Source: an uncultured bacterium (lineage in GTDB: Bacteria; Patescibacteriota; Minisyncoccia; Phycocordibacterales; Phycocordibacteraceae). Taken from it: a stretch of 64,000 nucleotides of DNA. The DNA lies in the NCBI GenBank assembly GCA_903825105.1, contig CAIJZI010000007.1:23178-87177 (forward strand). The letters are read 5' to 3'. Positions within the stretch are counted from its first letter, which is position 1, and every line of letters starts with the position of its first letter. A program made the translations under genes and the position numbers. This document shows positions 29,861-39,421 of the stretch, in pieces. Under the pieces are notes generated by a model. It was given only the letters and a program-made list of their open reading frames with translations. It was not told the DNA's origin and searched no databases.

Positions 29861-32113
29861 CTATTTCGCCACGGCGACGGCTTCGTCGAACTTAATCGAC
29901 AGGAGTTTGGAAACGCCATCGCCGCCCATCGTGACGCCGTAGAGAATGTTGGTGCGGCTCATCGTCTCGCGGTTGTGTGTGATGACAATCAGCTGTGATT
30001 TCTTCGCGAGATTTTCTATCATATCGCCATAGCGACGACTGTTCGCTTCGTCGAGCGCCGCGTCGGTCTCGTCGAGAATGAGGAATGGTGGCGGGTTCAC
30101 CTGATTCATCGCGAAGATAAGCGCGATCGAAGTGAGTGCGCGTTCACCGCCCGAGAGCTGCATCAACGAGCGTATTTTCTTTTTCGGCAGACTGATCGTA
30201 ACTTCGATGCCAGCGCGCTGTTTCTCTTTTACTTCGTCAGCTGATTCCTCAGCATCTTCGGACTCATCTAATGAGTCCTCGACTTCCGGCTCCGGTTCTT
30301 CAAGAATGAGTCGCGCGGAGCCTCCGCCAAACATAAGAGCGAAATATTCACTGAAGGAGGCGTTCACGCGTGCGAGTCCATCACTAAAATATTTCGCGAG
30401 TTCGGTATCCAAATCGTGAATGAGCGCGCGAAGCCCCGCCGCCGACTTCGCGAGATCGTCGAGCTCGACTGCGAGGAATGTCTCTCTCTGCGAGACTTCT
30501 TTATGTTCCTGCCGAATATCCTCGCCGCTCCCGCCCGCTTCTTCGAGACGAATTTTATTTCGTTCCAATTTATGCTTGCGTTCCTCCTGCTCACGGCGTT
30601 CTTTCAATTCTTGATCTGAAAGGGTAATCGGTTCATACACCACTGCTTCTGTCCCAGCGACAGCGATTACCTCCCTCTTATTTCTTTCGAGATCTTCTGC
30701 AAAAACGGTCAATTCATATTCACGCGCTTCTGCCTTCGCGACCTCGCCTTCTTGATGTGCCTTTTCTTGTGCAACATCTAGAATGCGGCGGCGGATCTCG
30801 CGCCCCGTTTCTTCAAGCACGACCATCGCCTCGCGCGCTTTCGCGCGTGCTACTTCTGCCTTACCGAGCGCGTCAGACGCTTCTTCATATTTCTTCGCGA
30901 GCTCTGCGCGCTCTGCTTCAAGTTTAAAGGCTGCATTTTCTTCTTCAGAGAAATAATCGTCGCGTGGCGCGCCGTGTCGGGTGAAAAAGAATTTTATCGC
31001 CGAGCGAATCGCAGTCAGCGCGGCGCGCAATGCCTCGGGAGTAACCTCGGCACCTCCGGCGCCCAAAGCGCCTTCGGCTTGTTCGATTTGCTTCTCGATT
31101 TCTTGATGAAGAGACTCGATTTCTTCCCGTGGCACTTTCGCGTACGGCTCGTTCGCGACCCGCGTCGCGCGACGCTTTACCTCCGCGAGAGCACCTTCGA
31201 CGCGGCCGATCTCCCTAGAGAGCGCCGCGCGTGCCGCTGCGAGTTCTGACACTTCTTTTTCTGCATTTCGCAGCGTTTCAGTTCTCTTCATCGTCTCGCT
31301 ATCAGCCGACTGCGAATCGGTAATATGATCAAGCTCTTTATTCGCGGTAGCGAGATTCTCGGCCGCACGCATTTTTTCTTCAGCGACTTTTATTTTTTCG
31401 TGTGCGAGATACGCGTCTTCAATCGAGAAGTAAGTTTGCGCCGCGCTGATTAATTCTTTTCGCAGGTTTTCTGCTTTATCTAATTTTTCAACCTGCTTTT
31501 CTAGAAATTTTAGATGCGGCGCGAGCTCGCGACGCAGAGAATTGACTTGTGCGATATTTTCTTCAGTCTTTATGAGTTTTTTCTCAGCTTCTTGTTTTTT
31601 AAATTCGTAGAGTTTTAATCCGAGAGCATCCTCGAGCATCTCTCTGCGTTCGCGAGGGCTCGCGATAAGGATTCGATCTGCTTCGCCCTGCGAAATGATG
31701 TGGTGACCGGTCTCGCCGATGTTCGCGCCCGCGAGCAATTCTTCGATATCACGCAGGCGCACCCTTGACCCATTAATCGAATATTCACTCGTCCCGTCAC
31801 GGAAGACGGCGCGCTCGATCGTCACTTCATCAAAATCAATTTTGAACGCTCGACGCGAATTGTCGAAAATAACTGCCACCGCCGCGCGCGACGCGCGCGG
31901 CACCGAATGCGAACCGTTCCAAATTAAGTCTTCAGCGCGCTTGCCGCGCATACTCTTCATCGACTGTTCGCCCAGCGCGAAGCGAAAAGCTTCGGCGACA
32001 TTACTCTTCCCTGAGCCGTTGGGCCCCACGATCGCGGTCGCCGCGCTCGGGAAATCTAAAATCGTCTTCTTGGCGAATGACTTAAATCCGACGATCTCGA
32101 GTCGCTTTAACAT
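29861..32113 (-). CDS. smc: Short SMC-family ATPase (750 aa)
   Basis: GFKSFA, GPNGSGKSN, LSGGE, ILDETDAALD, coiled coils; follows rnc as in many bacteria. Confidence 0.9.
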   Translation of the reverse strand: MLKRLEIVGFKSFAKKTILDFPSAATAIVGPNGSGKSNVAEAFRFALGEQSMKSMRGKRAEDLIWNGSHSVPRASRAAVAVIFDNSRRAFKIDFDEVTIERAVFRDGTSEYSINGSRVRLRDIEELLAGANIGETGHHIISQGEADRILIASPRERREMLEDALGLKLYEFKKQEAEKKLIKTEENIAQVNSLRRELAPHLKFLEKQVEKLDKAENLRKELISAAQTYFSIEDAYLAHEKIKVAEEKMRAAENLATANKELDHITDSQSADSETMKRTETLRNAEKEVSELAAARAALSREIGRVEGALAEVKRRATRVANEPYAKVPREEIESLHQEIEKQIEQAEGALGAGGAEVTPEALRAALTAIRSAIKFFFTRHGAPRDDYFSEEENAAFKLEAERAELAKKYEEASDALGKAEVARAKAREAMVVLEETGREIRRRILDVAQEKAHQEGEVAKAEAREYELTVFAEDLERNKREVIAVAGTEAVVYEPITLSDQELKERREQEERKHKLERNKIRLEEAGGSGEDIRQEHKEVSQRETFLAVELDDLAKSAAGLRALIHDLDTELAKYFSDGLARVNASFSEYFALMFGGGSARLILEEPEPEVEDSLDESEDAEESADEVKEKQRAGIEVTISLPKKKIRSLMQLSGGERALTSIALIFAMNQVNPPPFLILDETDAALDEANSRRYGDMIENLAKKSQLIVITHNRETMSRTNILYGVTMGGDGVSKLLSIKFDEAVAVAK

Positions 32114-32189
32114 TACCCTCATTGTACCAAATAAAATGATGTGCTATTCTCCCAATCGGAAAAGACTGTTTAGAAAACTGGAGGAACAC

Positions 32190-32468
32190 ATGCCAATTAA
32201 CATCAGTGACCACGCAAAAGCAGAGGCAGAGGCAACGAGAATGGCTGTTGATAGACTCAGTCTTGAGCTCTTGGCATATGTGCGTGTGGATCGGCGCACA
32301 TTTACCTCTTATCTGAGGAAGTACGCGGAAAAGATCGACGATCAAACGGATGAGGATTTTGCGACTGGCTACAGCAATTCGGCACGGAGACTTCGCAGGG
32401 CGAGCTTCGCTCAAGGAGACCTTCCGCCCAGCGTCCGAGCCCCCGAACGGATGGATCCACGCGATTAA
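32190..32468 (+). CDS. Hypothetical protein (92 aa), accessory gene
   Basis: SD GGAGGA before ATG 32190; terminator at 32478-32520. Confidence 0.65.
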   Translation: MPINISDHAKAEAEATRMAVDRLSLELLAYVRVDRRTFTSYLRKYAEKIDDQTDEDFATGYSNSARRLRRASFAQGDLPPSVRAPERMDPRD

Positions 32469-32477
32469 ACCACGCAA

Positions 32478-32520
32478 CACCACGGGCCGCCTGAAATCAG
32501 GCGGCCCGATTCTTTTTATT
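32478..32520 (+). terminator. Terminator homologous to 33001-33040
   Basis: caccacgggccgcctgaaatcaggcggcccgattcttttt. Confidence 0.85.
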
Positions 32521-32522
32521 TT

Positions 32523-32626
32523 ACTTAGGTGTCTCGCCGCTAAGTTAGTGAGAGCCTAAAGCTCTCGCTTGGGGGCCGGACACCCAAGCTGCCAACTCGC
32601 TTGTGTAGCAAGGTTAAACCTCGCTA
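32523..32626. repeat. Cluster of four short palindromes
   Basis: acttaggtgtctcgccgctaagt (also at 262-285), family E, cttgggggccggacacccaag, tagcaaggttaaacctcgcta. Confidence 0.75.
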
Positions 32627-32700
32627 AAACGACCCCTCGAAAAACTTGACTGATAACATTAGATGTGATATTGTATTCCCCAGAAAGGAAAGGGTGGCAA

Positions 32701-32991
32701 ATGCCAAACATTGTTATTGTTGGATTCAAACCTGGGGAGCTTCCAATTGTGAGAGGCCGGATTTCAATCATTGTCACAGGACTTGGAATTGCCGGGGCTG
32801 ATGGTGTTATCACTTGTTTCCAAAACGCATCAGCCGTAGATATAACAAAAGAACACAACGACGCCCCGTACGTCATCGTCCGCGACACAGAAGAAAATCG
32901 TGCAATGTTGATCGCGAGGGAGATCAACCTCAAACTGAATGTCGATGTCGAACTGGAAGTTCTCCACGCATTCTTGCCGAAGAGACATTGA
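32701..32991 (+). CDS. Hypothetical protein (96 aa), possibly tautomerase-superfamily (Pro after Met)
   Basis: TTGACT-17-TATTGT promoter, SD, own terminator; MP-N-I-V-I-V-G start and a second P-Y-V-I-V strand suggest two beta-alpha-beta units (weak). Confidence 0.6.
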   Translation: MPNIVIVGFKPGELPIVRGRISIIVTGLGIAGADGVITCFQNASAVDITKEHNDAPYVIVRDTEENRAMLIAREINLKLNVDVELEVLHAFLPKRH

Positions 32992-33000
32992 GCATGTCCG

Positions 33001-33040
33001 CACCACGAGCCGCCTGAACAAGGCGGCTCGATTCTTTTTA
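33001..33040 (+). terminator. Terminator homologous to 32478-32520
   Basis: caccacgagccgcctgaacaaggcggctcgattcttttt. Confidence 0.85.
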
Positions 33041-33089
33041 CTTTTTTACCGAAGTTTAACTTCGGTATTTTAGTGAGAGTCTAAAGCTC

Positions 33090-33779
33090 TCACCAATTCA
33101 TTTTTTTAAGACCTGCTTCGGCGGCGAGCTGTTCGGCTTCTTGCTTACTCTGCCCTTCGCCCCGAGCGATTTCTTTTTCACCAATAAAAACACCGACGGT
33201 AAAGGTGCGTGCATGGTCCGGCCCCACTTCTGAAAGGGTTTCGTAGCGCGGCGTGATGCTCTTCTTTTCTTGTGACAATTCTTGGAATCGACTCTTCGCG
33301 TCCTGGTGTGCACCTTTTGAAATTATTTCGTCAATTTTTATATATACATTTTTTGCAATAAAAGCTTCTGCTTTTTCATATCCAGAATCCAAATAAATCG
33401 CGCCGATAATCGCTTCAAATGCGTCAGCGAGAATCACATCGCGCGCGCGGCCCGTGTCCTTCGACTCGCCTTTTGAAAGCAACATATAATCATTCACGCC
33501 AAGCGCCTTCGCGCTCTCGGCGAGCGACACCGTGTTTACCAAGGCCGCGCGATAGCTCGTGAGCTCGCCTTCTGATTTCGCGGGGAATTTTTTAAAAAGA
33601 AAATCCGTCACGACCAGTTCAAGCACAGCGTCACCGAGGAATTCTAATCGCTCATTATGACTGCCCACATAGTCGCGGTGTTCGTTTAGGTACGAACGAT
33701 GCGTCAAAGCCTCGATGAGAAGGTTTTGATTATTAAATTTGATATTGAGTTCGTTAGAAAATTGAAGAAAATCAGGCAT
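33090..33779 (-). CDS. rnc: Ribonuclease III
   Basis: ALTHRSY, NERLEFLGDAVL, dsRBD. Confidence 0.97.
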   Translation of the reverse strand: MPDFLQFSNELNIKFNNQNLLIEALTHRSYLNEHRDYVGSHNERLEFLGDAVLELVVTDFLFKKFPAKSEGELTSYRAALVNTVSLAESAKALGVNDYMLLSKGESKDTGRARDVILADAFEAIIGAIYLDSGYEKAEAFIAKNVYIKIDEIISKGAHQDAKSRFQELSQEKKSITPRYETLSEVGPDHARTFTVGVFIGEKEIARGEGQSKQEAEQLAAEAGLKKMNW

Positions 33780-34719
33780 GTGCGCGTGGGAGCGTAGTCG
33801 TTACATTCGCGTGGTCGAGCAGCTTCTGTACCGCCTCCGTCACGATTGGGAGCATATCATCATAGAAGTTAAGGTCAATGATGTCCTTCAGCCGAAACCA
33901 CTTCGCGTCGTCGAGCCCGCCTTTACCCTGCTGGAGATGGAGCTGCTCGAATTCGGCACGCGCGAGGAAGTAGGTCACATGCTTTCGATACTTCCCCTTC
34001 TCCGGATGCGAAGCGACATACTCGTTTTCGCCGATCTTTCCTTCGAGTTTTATATCGATGCCGATTTCTTCTTTTACTTCGCGAATCGTGCCCTCTTCTG
34101 TAGTCTCGTGCGCGATAGTAGGATTGTCGCCAATCTTACCTTTTGAAAGAGTCCAGTGACCGAAAACATCGTGAACGAGAGCGAGATAATACTGCCCATC
34201 GTGTTTACAATAAACGACCGCGCCGCCGAGTCGCTGTATCGGAATGTCTTCATACTTCACTTTGGTACTCTTCTTTTCTGCCTGCTCATTCTTCCCTGGT
34301 TCGCCGAGCTCTTTGTAGACGGCACCCAAAACGCCGTTGACGAATCTGCCACTCGATTCTCCGCCAAAAGTCTTCGCGAGTTCGATCGCTTCATTAATCG
34401 CCACCTTCGCGGGCACTTGTGTTCGATCGGCGAAAAGGAGCTCGTAGAGCCCGATGCGCAGAATATTTCTATCCACAGGAGCGATGCGCTCCATCGACCA
34501 TTCAGGCGCAGCTTTTTCAATAACTAAATCGATGTCTTCTTTTTTTGATAACACGCCGAGCAGAAGCTTCTCCATAAACGGCCGGTCTGCATCATCACCA
34601 CAAAACTCTTTTACATTTCTTTCGAGAATAATGGCTGAATCTTTTTCTTGTGCATTTGTTGTGTCCCACTCAAAAAGTGTTTGGAGAACAACTGATCGGG
34701 CTAGGTGTCGGTTCGCCAT
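33772..34719 (-). CDS. nusB: NusB fused to a C-terminal Nudix hydrolase domain
   Basis: NusB motifs (DRNILR, AINEAIELAK.FG, FVNGVLG) followed by a Nudix box (KGKIG...E...E...REVKEEIG). Confidence 0.9.
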   Translation of the reverse strand: MANRHLARSVVLQTLFEWDTTNAQEKDSAIILERNVKEFCGDDADRPFMEKLLLGVLSKKEDIDLVIEKAAPEWSMERIAPVDRNILRIGLYELLFADRTQVPAKVAINEAIELAKTFGGESSGRFVNGVLGAVYKELGEPGKNEQAEKKSTKVKYEDIPIQRLGGAVVYCKHDGQYYLALVHDVFGHWTLSKGKIGDNPTIAHETTEEGTIREVKEEIGIDIKLEGKIGENEYVASHPEKGKYRKHVTYFLARAEFEQLHLQQGKGGLDDAKWFRLKDIIDLNFYDDMLPIVTEAVQKLLDHANVTTTLPRAHA

Positions 34720-34839
34720 GTAAAGATCTTATAAATTGAGTATAGCAGATATATACAAGTGGTAAGGGACAAGGTGTTAGTAACAAAAAAATCCCTTGCG
34801 GGATTTTCTTAAACCTTAAACCTTTTAGCTTAAACCTAA

Positions 34840-35190
34840 TTAGGCGCCGCCACCAAAACCACTGCGCGCTTTTGGACGACTCGTTGAAGAAACTTTTTTA
34901 GAAACTTTTGTTGCTTTTACATCTGCGTTCGCGTGCTCTTCTTTCGCATGATCGTGCGCGTGCTTCGCTACTGGCTCTGTGTTTGGGCCCTTCACTTTTA
35001 CCTCTTTCTGCGCTTTTGCCTTTGGAGTAAAGATCTGCTTCCCGCGGTACATACCGGTCTTTTCATCGAGACGGTGAGGCAAGCGGAGATTGCCGCTTTC
35101 TTTATCCTTAACGATAACCATATTCTTGAGCGCGTGATGCGACCGGCGATTACCGGTGTGCCCGCTCGTGTGACGCATTCGAATTGACAT
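34840..35190 (-). CDS. rpmF: 50S ribosomal protein L32 (Cys-free) with basic C-terminal extension
   Basis: RRSHHAL...LPHR....G.YRGKQ. Confidence 0.85.
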   Translation of the reverse strand: MSIRMRHTSGHTGNRRSHHALKNMVIVKDKESGNLRLPHRLDEKTGMYRGKQIFTPKAKAQKEVKVKGPNTEPVAKHAHDHAKEEHANADVKATKVSKKVSSTSRPKARSGFGGGA

Positions 35191-35279
35191 ACGGCTACCT
35201 TATCACACGCTGTGAAAAAAGAAAAGGACTCTCCTCTGCCGCGCAATTTCTGCGAAGCATTAGAGAGTCCTCAACATAT

Positions 35280-35465
35280 CTAGCTCAGATACACATGACC
35301 CGAGCAGCTTACCTTCACCACTCCGGCGTTGCTGACTTTCATGACTTCGAGTTCGTGGCATGCGACGCAACAATCAGTGTCCGGGACGAAGTCTCTGACT
35401 TCTTTCAATTCGTGACAACGATAACATTCTTTCTCTTCCGGCTCTGTAGATGTGTTGGTGGGCAT
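35280..35465 (-). CDS. Small Cys-rich protein (61 aa), accessory gene
   Basis: SD AGGAGGAG, TTGATT-16-TATTAT promoter, terminator-like hairpin at ~35226-35271, repeated CxxCHEL. Confidence 0.55.
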   Translation of the reverse strand: MPTNTSTEPEEKECYRCHELKEVRDFVPDTDCCVACHELEVMKVSNAGVVKVSCSGHVYLS

Positions 35466-35523
35466 AAGCTCCTCCTGTTCATGTTAAAACAACAATCCAT
35501 TTGGATAATACACCGAATATTAT

Positions 35524-36111
35524 TTAAATCAAATGTAAAAACGACTTGCGATGAATCGCGCAGGGGCCGTATTTTTTAAGCATTTCATAATGCAGTTTGG
35601 TGCCATAACCTTTGTGCTTCTCGAAGCCGTATTCAGGATATTTGATCGCGAGCTCGAGCATTAAACGATCGCGCAGAACCTTCGCCACGATAGAGGCGAG
35701 CGAGATAATCGGCACGAGGTCATCGCCGTTGATTATGGTCTCCTGTGAATATTCTTTTGGCGCATGTAACCCGCCATCGAGTAAAATGATGGATTTCGTA
35801 AACCCATCATTCGGCGCGAGTTTGTTCACACCGCGCGCGAGCGCTTTATTTATCGCCGGGACAATTCCCTCTTTATCAATCATTTCTGCACTCTCGAATT
35901 CAACAGCGAAACGCGCGTCGCCAAGGGCGACGCGTGCTTCCAGCATTTCAAAAATCTCCTCTCTTTTCTTCTCTGATAGCTTTTTAGAATCCGCGACACC
36001 CTTGAATTCTTTCATTACATCAAATCCCTCTGCCACTACCGCTACCCCAACAGCCACCGGCCCCGCGAGTGGTCCTCGCCCTGCCTCGTCAACTCCAATT
36101 AGAAACTTCAT
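35524..36111 (-). CDS. rnhB: Ribonuclease HII
   Basis: GVDEAGRGPLAGPV, DSKKL, ASIVAKV.RD, HKGYGT. Confidence 0.97.
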   Translation of the reverse strand: MKFLIGVDEAGRGPLAGPVAVGVAVVAEGFDVMKEFKGVADSKKLSEKKREEIFEMLEARVALGDARFAVEFESAEMIDKEGIVPAINKALARGVNKLAPNDGFTKSIILLDGGLHAPKEYSQETIINGDDLVPIISLASIVAKVLRDRLMLELAIKYPEYGFEKHKGYGTKLHYEMLKKYGPCAIHRKSFLHLI

Positions 36112-36117
36112 CTAGAA

Positions 36118-36127
36118 AGTATATACT
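36118..36127. promoter_or_regulatory. Palindromic AGTATATACT giving a -10 box on both strands
   Basis: TATACT lies exactly 6 nt before the ATG of dnaE (36134) and of rnhB (36111). Confidence 0.7.
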
Positions 36128-36133
36128 GAATGT

Positions 36134-39100
36134 ATGGCTTCACGATTTATCCATCTCCACGCCCACAGCCACTACTCCTTCCTCCAGGCATTGCCGAAGA
36201 TTGATGAATTGGTAGAAAAAGCGAAGAAAGAAGGAATGGAGGCGATCGCGCTCACCGACGCCGGCAATATGCACGGCGCGATCGAATTCTACAAAGCCGC
36301 GATGAAGGCAGAGATTAAACCGATTCTCGGCGTCGACGCCTATCTCGCCCACCATTCGCGACACGACAAAGACGGCGACAGCTCGAAGCGTTCGCGCATC
36401 GTCCTCCTCGCAGAAAATAATGCGGGATATAAAAACTTACTCGAGCTTGTGACCAAGTCCTGGACTGAAGGCTTCTCTGATAAGCCGCGAATGGATAAAG
36501 AATTATTGCGCGAATATAGCGGCGGCATCATAGCGATTATTCCCTCGTTTGCTGGCGACATCGCACAAATGCTTCGCGCTGGTGACGAGAACGGCGCAGC
36601 TGCTGCGCTCGCAGAATTTAAAAATATTTTTGGAGAAAATAATGTGTTTCTAGAAATCACCCATCACCCCAAAGTGGCTGGCCACGAAGAATTACAGAAA
36701 AAAATAATCGCCCTCGCCCACTCGAGCGACACACCACTTGTCGCCCAGCACGATGTCTATTATCTGAGCCCTAATGATCGTGAAGCGACCGAGACGATGC
36801 GCCGTATCCAACAGGGCTCCCGCGGTAGAAATGAAGATGAGGACTTCTCTTTTATAAATGAATCAACGGCTAAAAAACTTTTTAAAGAAACTCCAGAGGC
36901 GATAGATAATTCAAAACTTATCGCAGACCGATGCTCGGTCGAACTCACGCTGGGAAAATTTGTCTTCCCACAATTCCCTCTTCCTCCGGGAAAAACGGCT
37001 GACGAGGTACTCCGCGAATTAAGCTTAAAAGGATTACAAAAACGCGGGCTCGCCGGAAGAGCCGATGTTATGGAACGCTTTGAATATGAGCTCGGCGTTA
37101 TTAAGATGAAGGGTTACGCCGCCTATTTCCTCGTCGTCGAAGACCTCGTGCGCTTCGCGCGCGAAAATAATATTTACACCAACATTCGAGGCTCGGTCGC
37201 CGGATCTTTGATTACTTATGTATTACAAATCACCAAAGTCGATCCCCTCGAATATAAAATCCCGTTCGAACGATTCCTTAACCCAGAACGCCCCTCAGCT
37301 CCCGATATTGATATGGACTTTGCCGACAATCGTCGCGACGAAGTAATCGAATACGCACGCAGTAAATATGGCAAGGATCATGTCGCGCAGATCGGTACCT
37401 TCGGCACAATGATGGCGCGAGCAGCAGTGCGCGATGTCGCACGCGCGCTCGGCCACTCCTATAGCACTGGAGATCGCATCGCCAAACTTATCCCGATGGG
37501 GTCACAAGGATTCCCGATGACGATCGACAAAGCGCTCAAGCTCGAACCAGAGTTAAAAACGCTCTACCAAGAAGACGACACTTCGCACGAAGTAATCGAT
37601 CTTGCGAAAAGTATCGAGGGCTGTGTGCGACATGTCGGTGTGCACGCCGCGGGCGTTGTGATCGCGCCAACGCCAGTGGTCGAGTGGACGCCGATTCAGC
37701 CCGATCCAAAAGGCACCGGGAAAATTATCACTCAATATGATATGTACTCCGTCGGTGAAGATGGCGTAGGGCTTACCAAATTCGATTTCCTCGGTATTAA
37801 AAATCTCTCGATTCTCGCTGATGTCGTCTCGCGCGTAGAAAAAAGTCGCAATATAAAATTCGACATCGAGGCGATTCCTCTCGATGATAAAAAGACCTTT
37901 GAGATGCTCGCGCGCGGCGAGACTGAAGGAACCTTCCAGCTCAACGGTTCGGGTATGACGCGCTGGCTCAAAGAGCTACGACCAACCACGATTCACGACA
38001 TCAACGCGATGGTCGCCTTATATCGCCCGGGCCCTATGGAAACGATTCCCCAATATATCGAACGAAAAAATAATCCAAAAATGATTCGCTATGTCGACGA
38101 GCGAATGAAAGAGTATCTCGATTTTTCTTACGGGCTGATTGTGTACCAAGACGATGTCCTCCTCACAGCGATTAAACTCGCCGGCTATTCGTGGCTTCAA
38201 GCAGACGCACTGCGTAAAGCGATGGGTAAAAAAATTCCAGCAGTTATGCAGAAGGAAAAAGAAAAACTGCTCACTGGCTTTGCTGAATACGGAAAACTGA
38301 AGAAAGAAACGGCGGACAAACTCTGGTCACTCATCGAGCCCTTCGCGGCGTACGGATTCGGCAAGGCACACGCCGCCTCCTACGGTCGTGTGTCGTATCA
38401 AACAGCGTATATGAAAGCAAATTATCCGGTCGAATACCTCGCCGCACTTCTCACCGCTGACTCGGGCGACACAGAACAAATTTCTATTTTCGTCGCCGAA
38501 GCGAAAAGAATGGGCATCACGATTCTCCCGCCCGATGTCAACGAAAGTGGCACAGACTTCACGGTGATTAAAAACGACGAGAGTGAACTTTTTGAGGAAG
38601 CTCCGGAGCGCGACGGCGCGAGGCCGAGCAAATTTTCAGCAGAAAATTATGCGTCTTCCGAAAAAAGCTCACCGAGTCGTGGCTTTATCCGATTCGGCCT
38701 CTCTTCAATTAAAAACTTCGGCGACGGCATCTCTGAAGCAATTATCGCTGAACGAGAAAAGAATGGCGCTTTCACTTCTCTTTCTGACTTTTTATCTCGC
38801 ATTGGTTCAAAGAACCTAAATCGCAAATCACTCGAATCACTTATTAAGTGTGGAGCACTCGATTCATTAAGCAATCAGATAGGCGGTAGAGGTACCCTCC
38901 TCGAAAATATCGAGAAGCTTCTCACTTTTCATCGCGAGTCAACCGCATCAGCACCACAAGATTCTCTCTTCGCCACCTTCGCGCCACCGTCACTCGTCCT
39001 GCCTGAAGGAAAGCAGATATCCCTTTTTGAAAAATTAATGTGGGAAAAAGAGCTGCTCGGCATTTATGTCTCTGGACACCCACTCGACGCTCACGAAAAG

Positions 39101-39400
39101 TTTGTAGAAAAAACGAAATTCCCTATTTCAAAAATAAAAGAGAATCCAAAAAATGGCATGCCGATTATTCTACCCGTTTTAATTATTTCTCTTCGCGCCT
39201 TTCTCACCAAGAGCGGCGAGAAAATGGCATTTATAAAACTCGAGGACAAAACAGATTCGATCGAAGCGGTCATATTCCCAAAGTTGTTCAAAGAACATTC
39301 GCTCATCCTCGCGCCGGGGAACTGTATTTTGGTAAAAGGAAAAGTCTCGATTAGAAATGGCGAGACAACGCTCGCGATCGACGAACTCAAACCGATTTAA
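36134..39400 (+). CDS. dnaE: DNA polymerase III alpha subunit with ~30-aa palindromic insert
   Basis: PHP HLHAHSHYS, RGSVAGSL, PDIDMDF, HAAGVVI, KFDFLG. Confidence 0.98.
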   Translation: MASRFIHLHAHSHYSFLQALPKIDELVEKAKKEGMEAIALTDAGNMHGAIEFYKAAMKAEIKPILGVDAYLAHHSRHDKDGDSSKRSRIVLLAENNAGYKNLLELVTKSWTEGFSDKPRMDKELLREYSGGIIAIIPSFAGDIAQMLRAGDENGAAAALAEFKNIFGENNVFLEITHHPKVAGHEELQKKIIALAHSSDTPLVAQHDVYYLSPNDREATETMRRIQQGSRGRNEDEDFSFINESTAKKLFKETPEAIDNSKLIADRCSVELTLGKFVFPQFPLPPGKTADEVLRELSLKGLQKRGLAGRADVMERFEYELGVIKMKGYAAYFLVVEDLVRFARENNIYTNIRGSVAGSLITYVLQITKVDPLEYKIPFERFLNPERPSAPDIDMDFADNRRDEVIEYARSKYGKDHVAQIGTFGTMMARAAVRDVARALGHSYSTGDRIAKLIPMGSQGFPMTIDKALKLEPELKTLYQEDDTSHEVIDLAKSIEGCVRHVGVHAAGVVIAPTPVVEWTPIQPDPKGTGKIITQYDMYSVGEDGVGLTKFDFLGIKNLSILADVVSRVEKSRNIKFDIEAIPLDDKKTFEMLARGETEGTFQLNGSGMTRWLKELRPTTIHDINAMVALYRPGPMETIPQYIERKNNPKMIRYVDERMKEYLDFSYGLIVYQDDVLLTAIKLAGYSWLQADALRKAMGKKIPAVMQKEKEKLLTGFAEYGKLKKETADKLWSLIEPFAAYGFGKAHAASYGRVSYQTAYMKANYPVEYLAALLTADSGDTEQISIFVAEAKRMGITILPPDVNESGTDFTVIKNDESELFEEAPERDGARPSKFSAENYASSEKSSPSRGFIRFGLSSIKNFGDGISEAIIAEREKNGAFTSLSDFLSRIGSKNLNRKSLESLIKCGALDSLSNQIGGRGTLLENIEKLLTFHRESTASAPQDSLFATFAPPSLVLPEGKQISLFEKLMWEKELLGIYVSGHPLDAHEKFVEKTKFPISKIKENPKNGMPIILPVLIISLRAFLTKSGEKMAFIKLEDKTDSIEAVIFPKLFKEHSLILAPGNCILVKGKVSIRNGETTLAIDELKPI
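38583..38672. repeat. Family B element (90 bp) in-frame in dnaE
   Basis: Imperfect outer IR; inner ccggagcgc, acggcgcgagg and aattttcagcagaaaatt shared with intergenic copies. Confidence 0.8.
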
Positions 39401-39421
39401 ATTGTGTTATATTCTGAATAT

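Noticed and set aside
31719-32189. 249-aa version of the plus-strand ORF ending at 32468
   Set aside because: The first ~157 codons are mostly antisense to smc. A clear SD supports ATG 32190.
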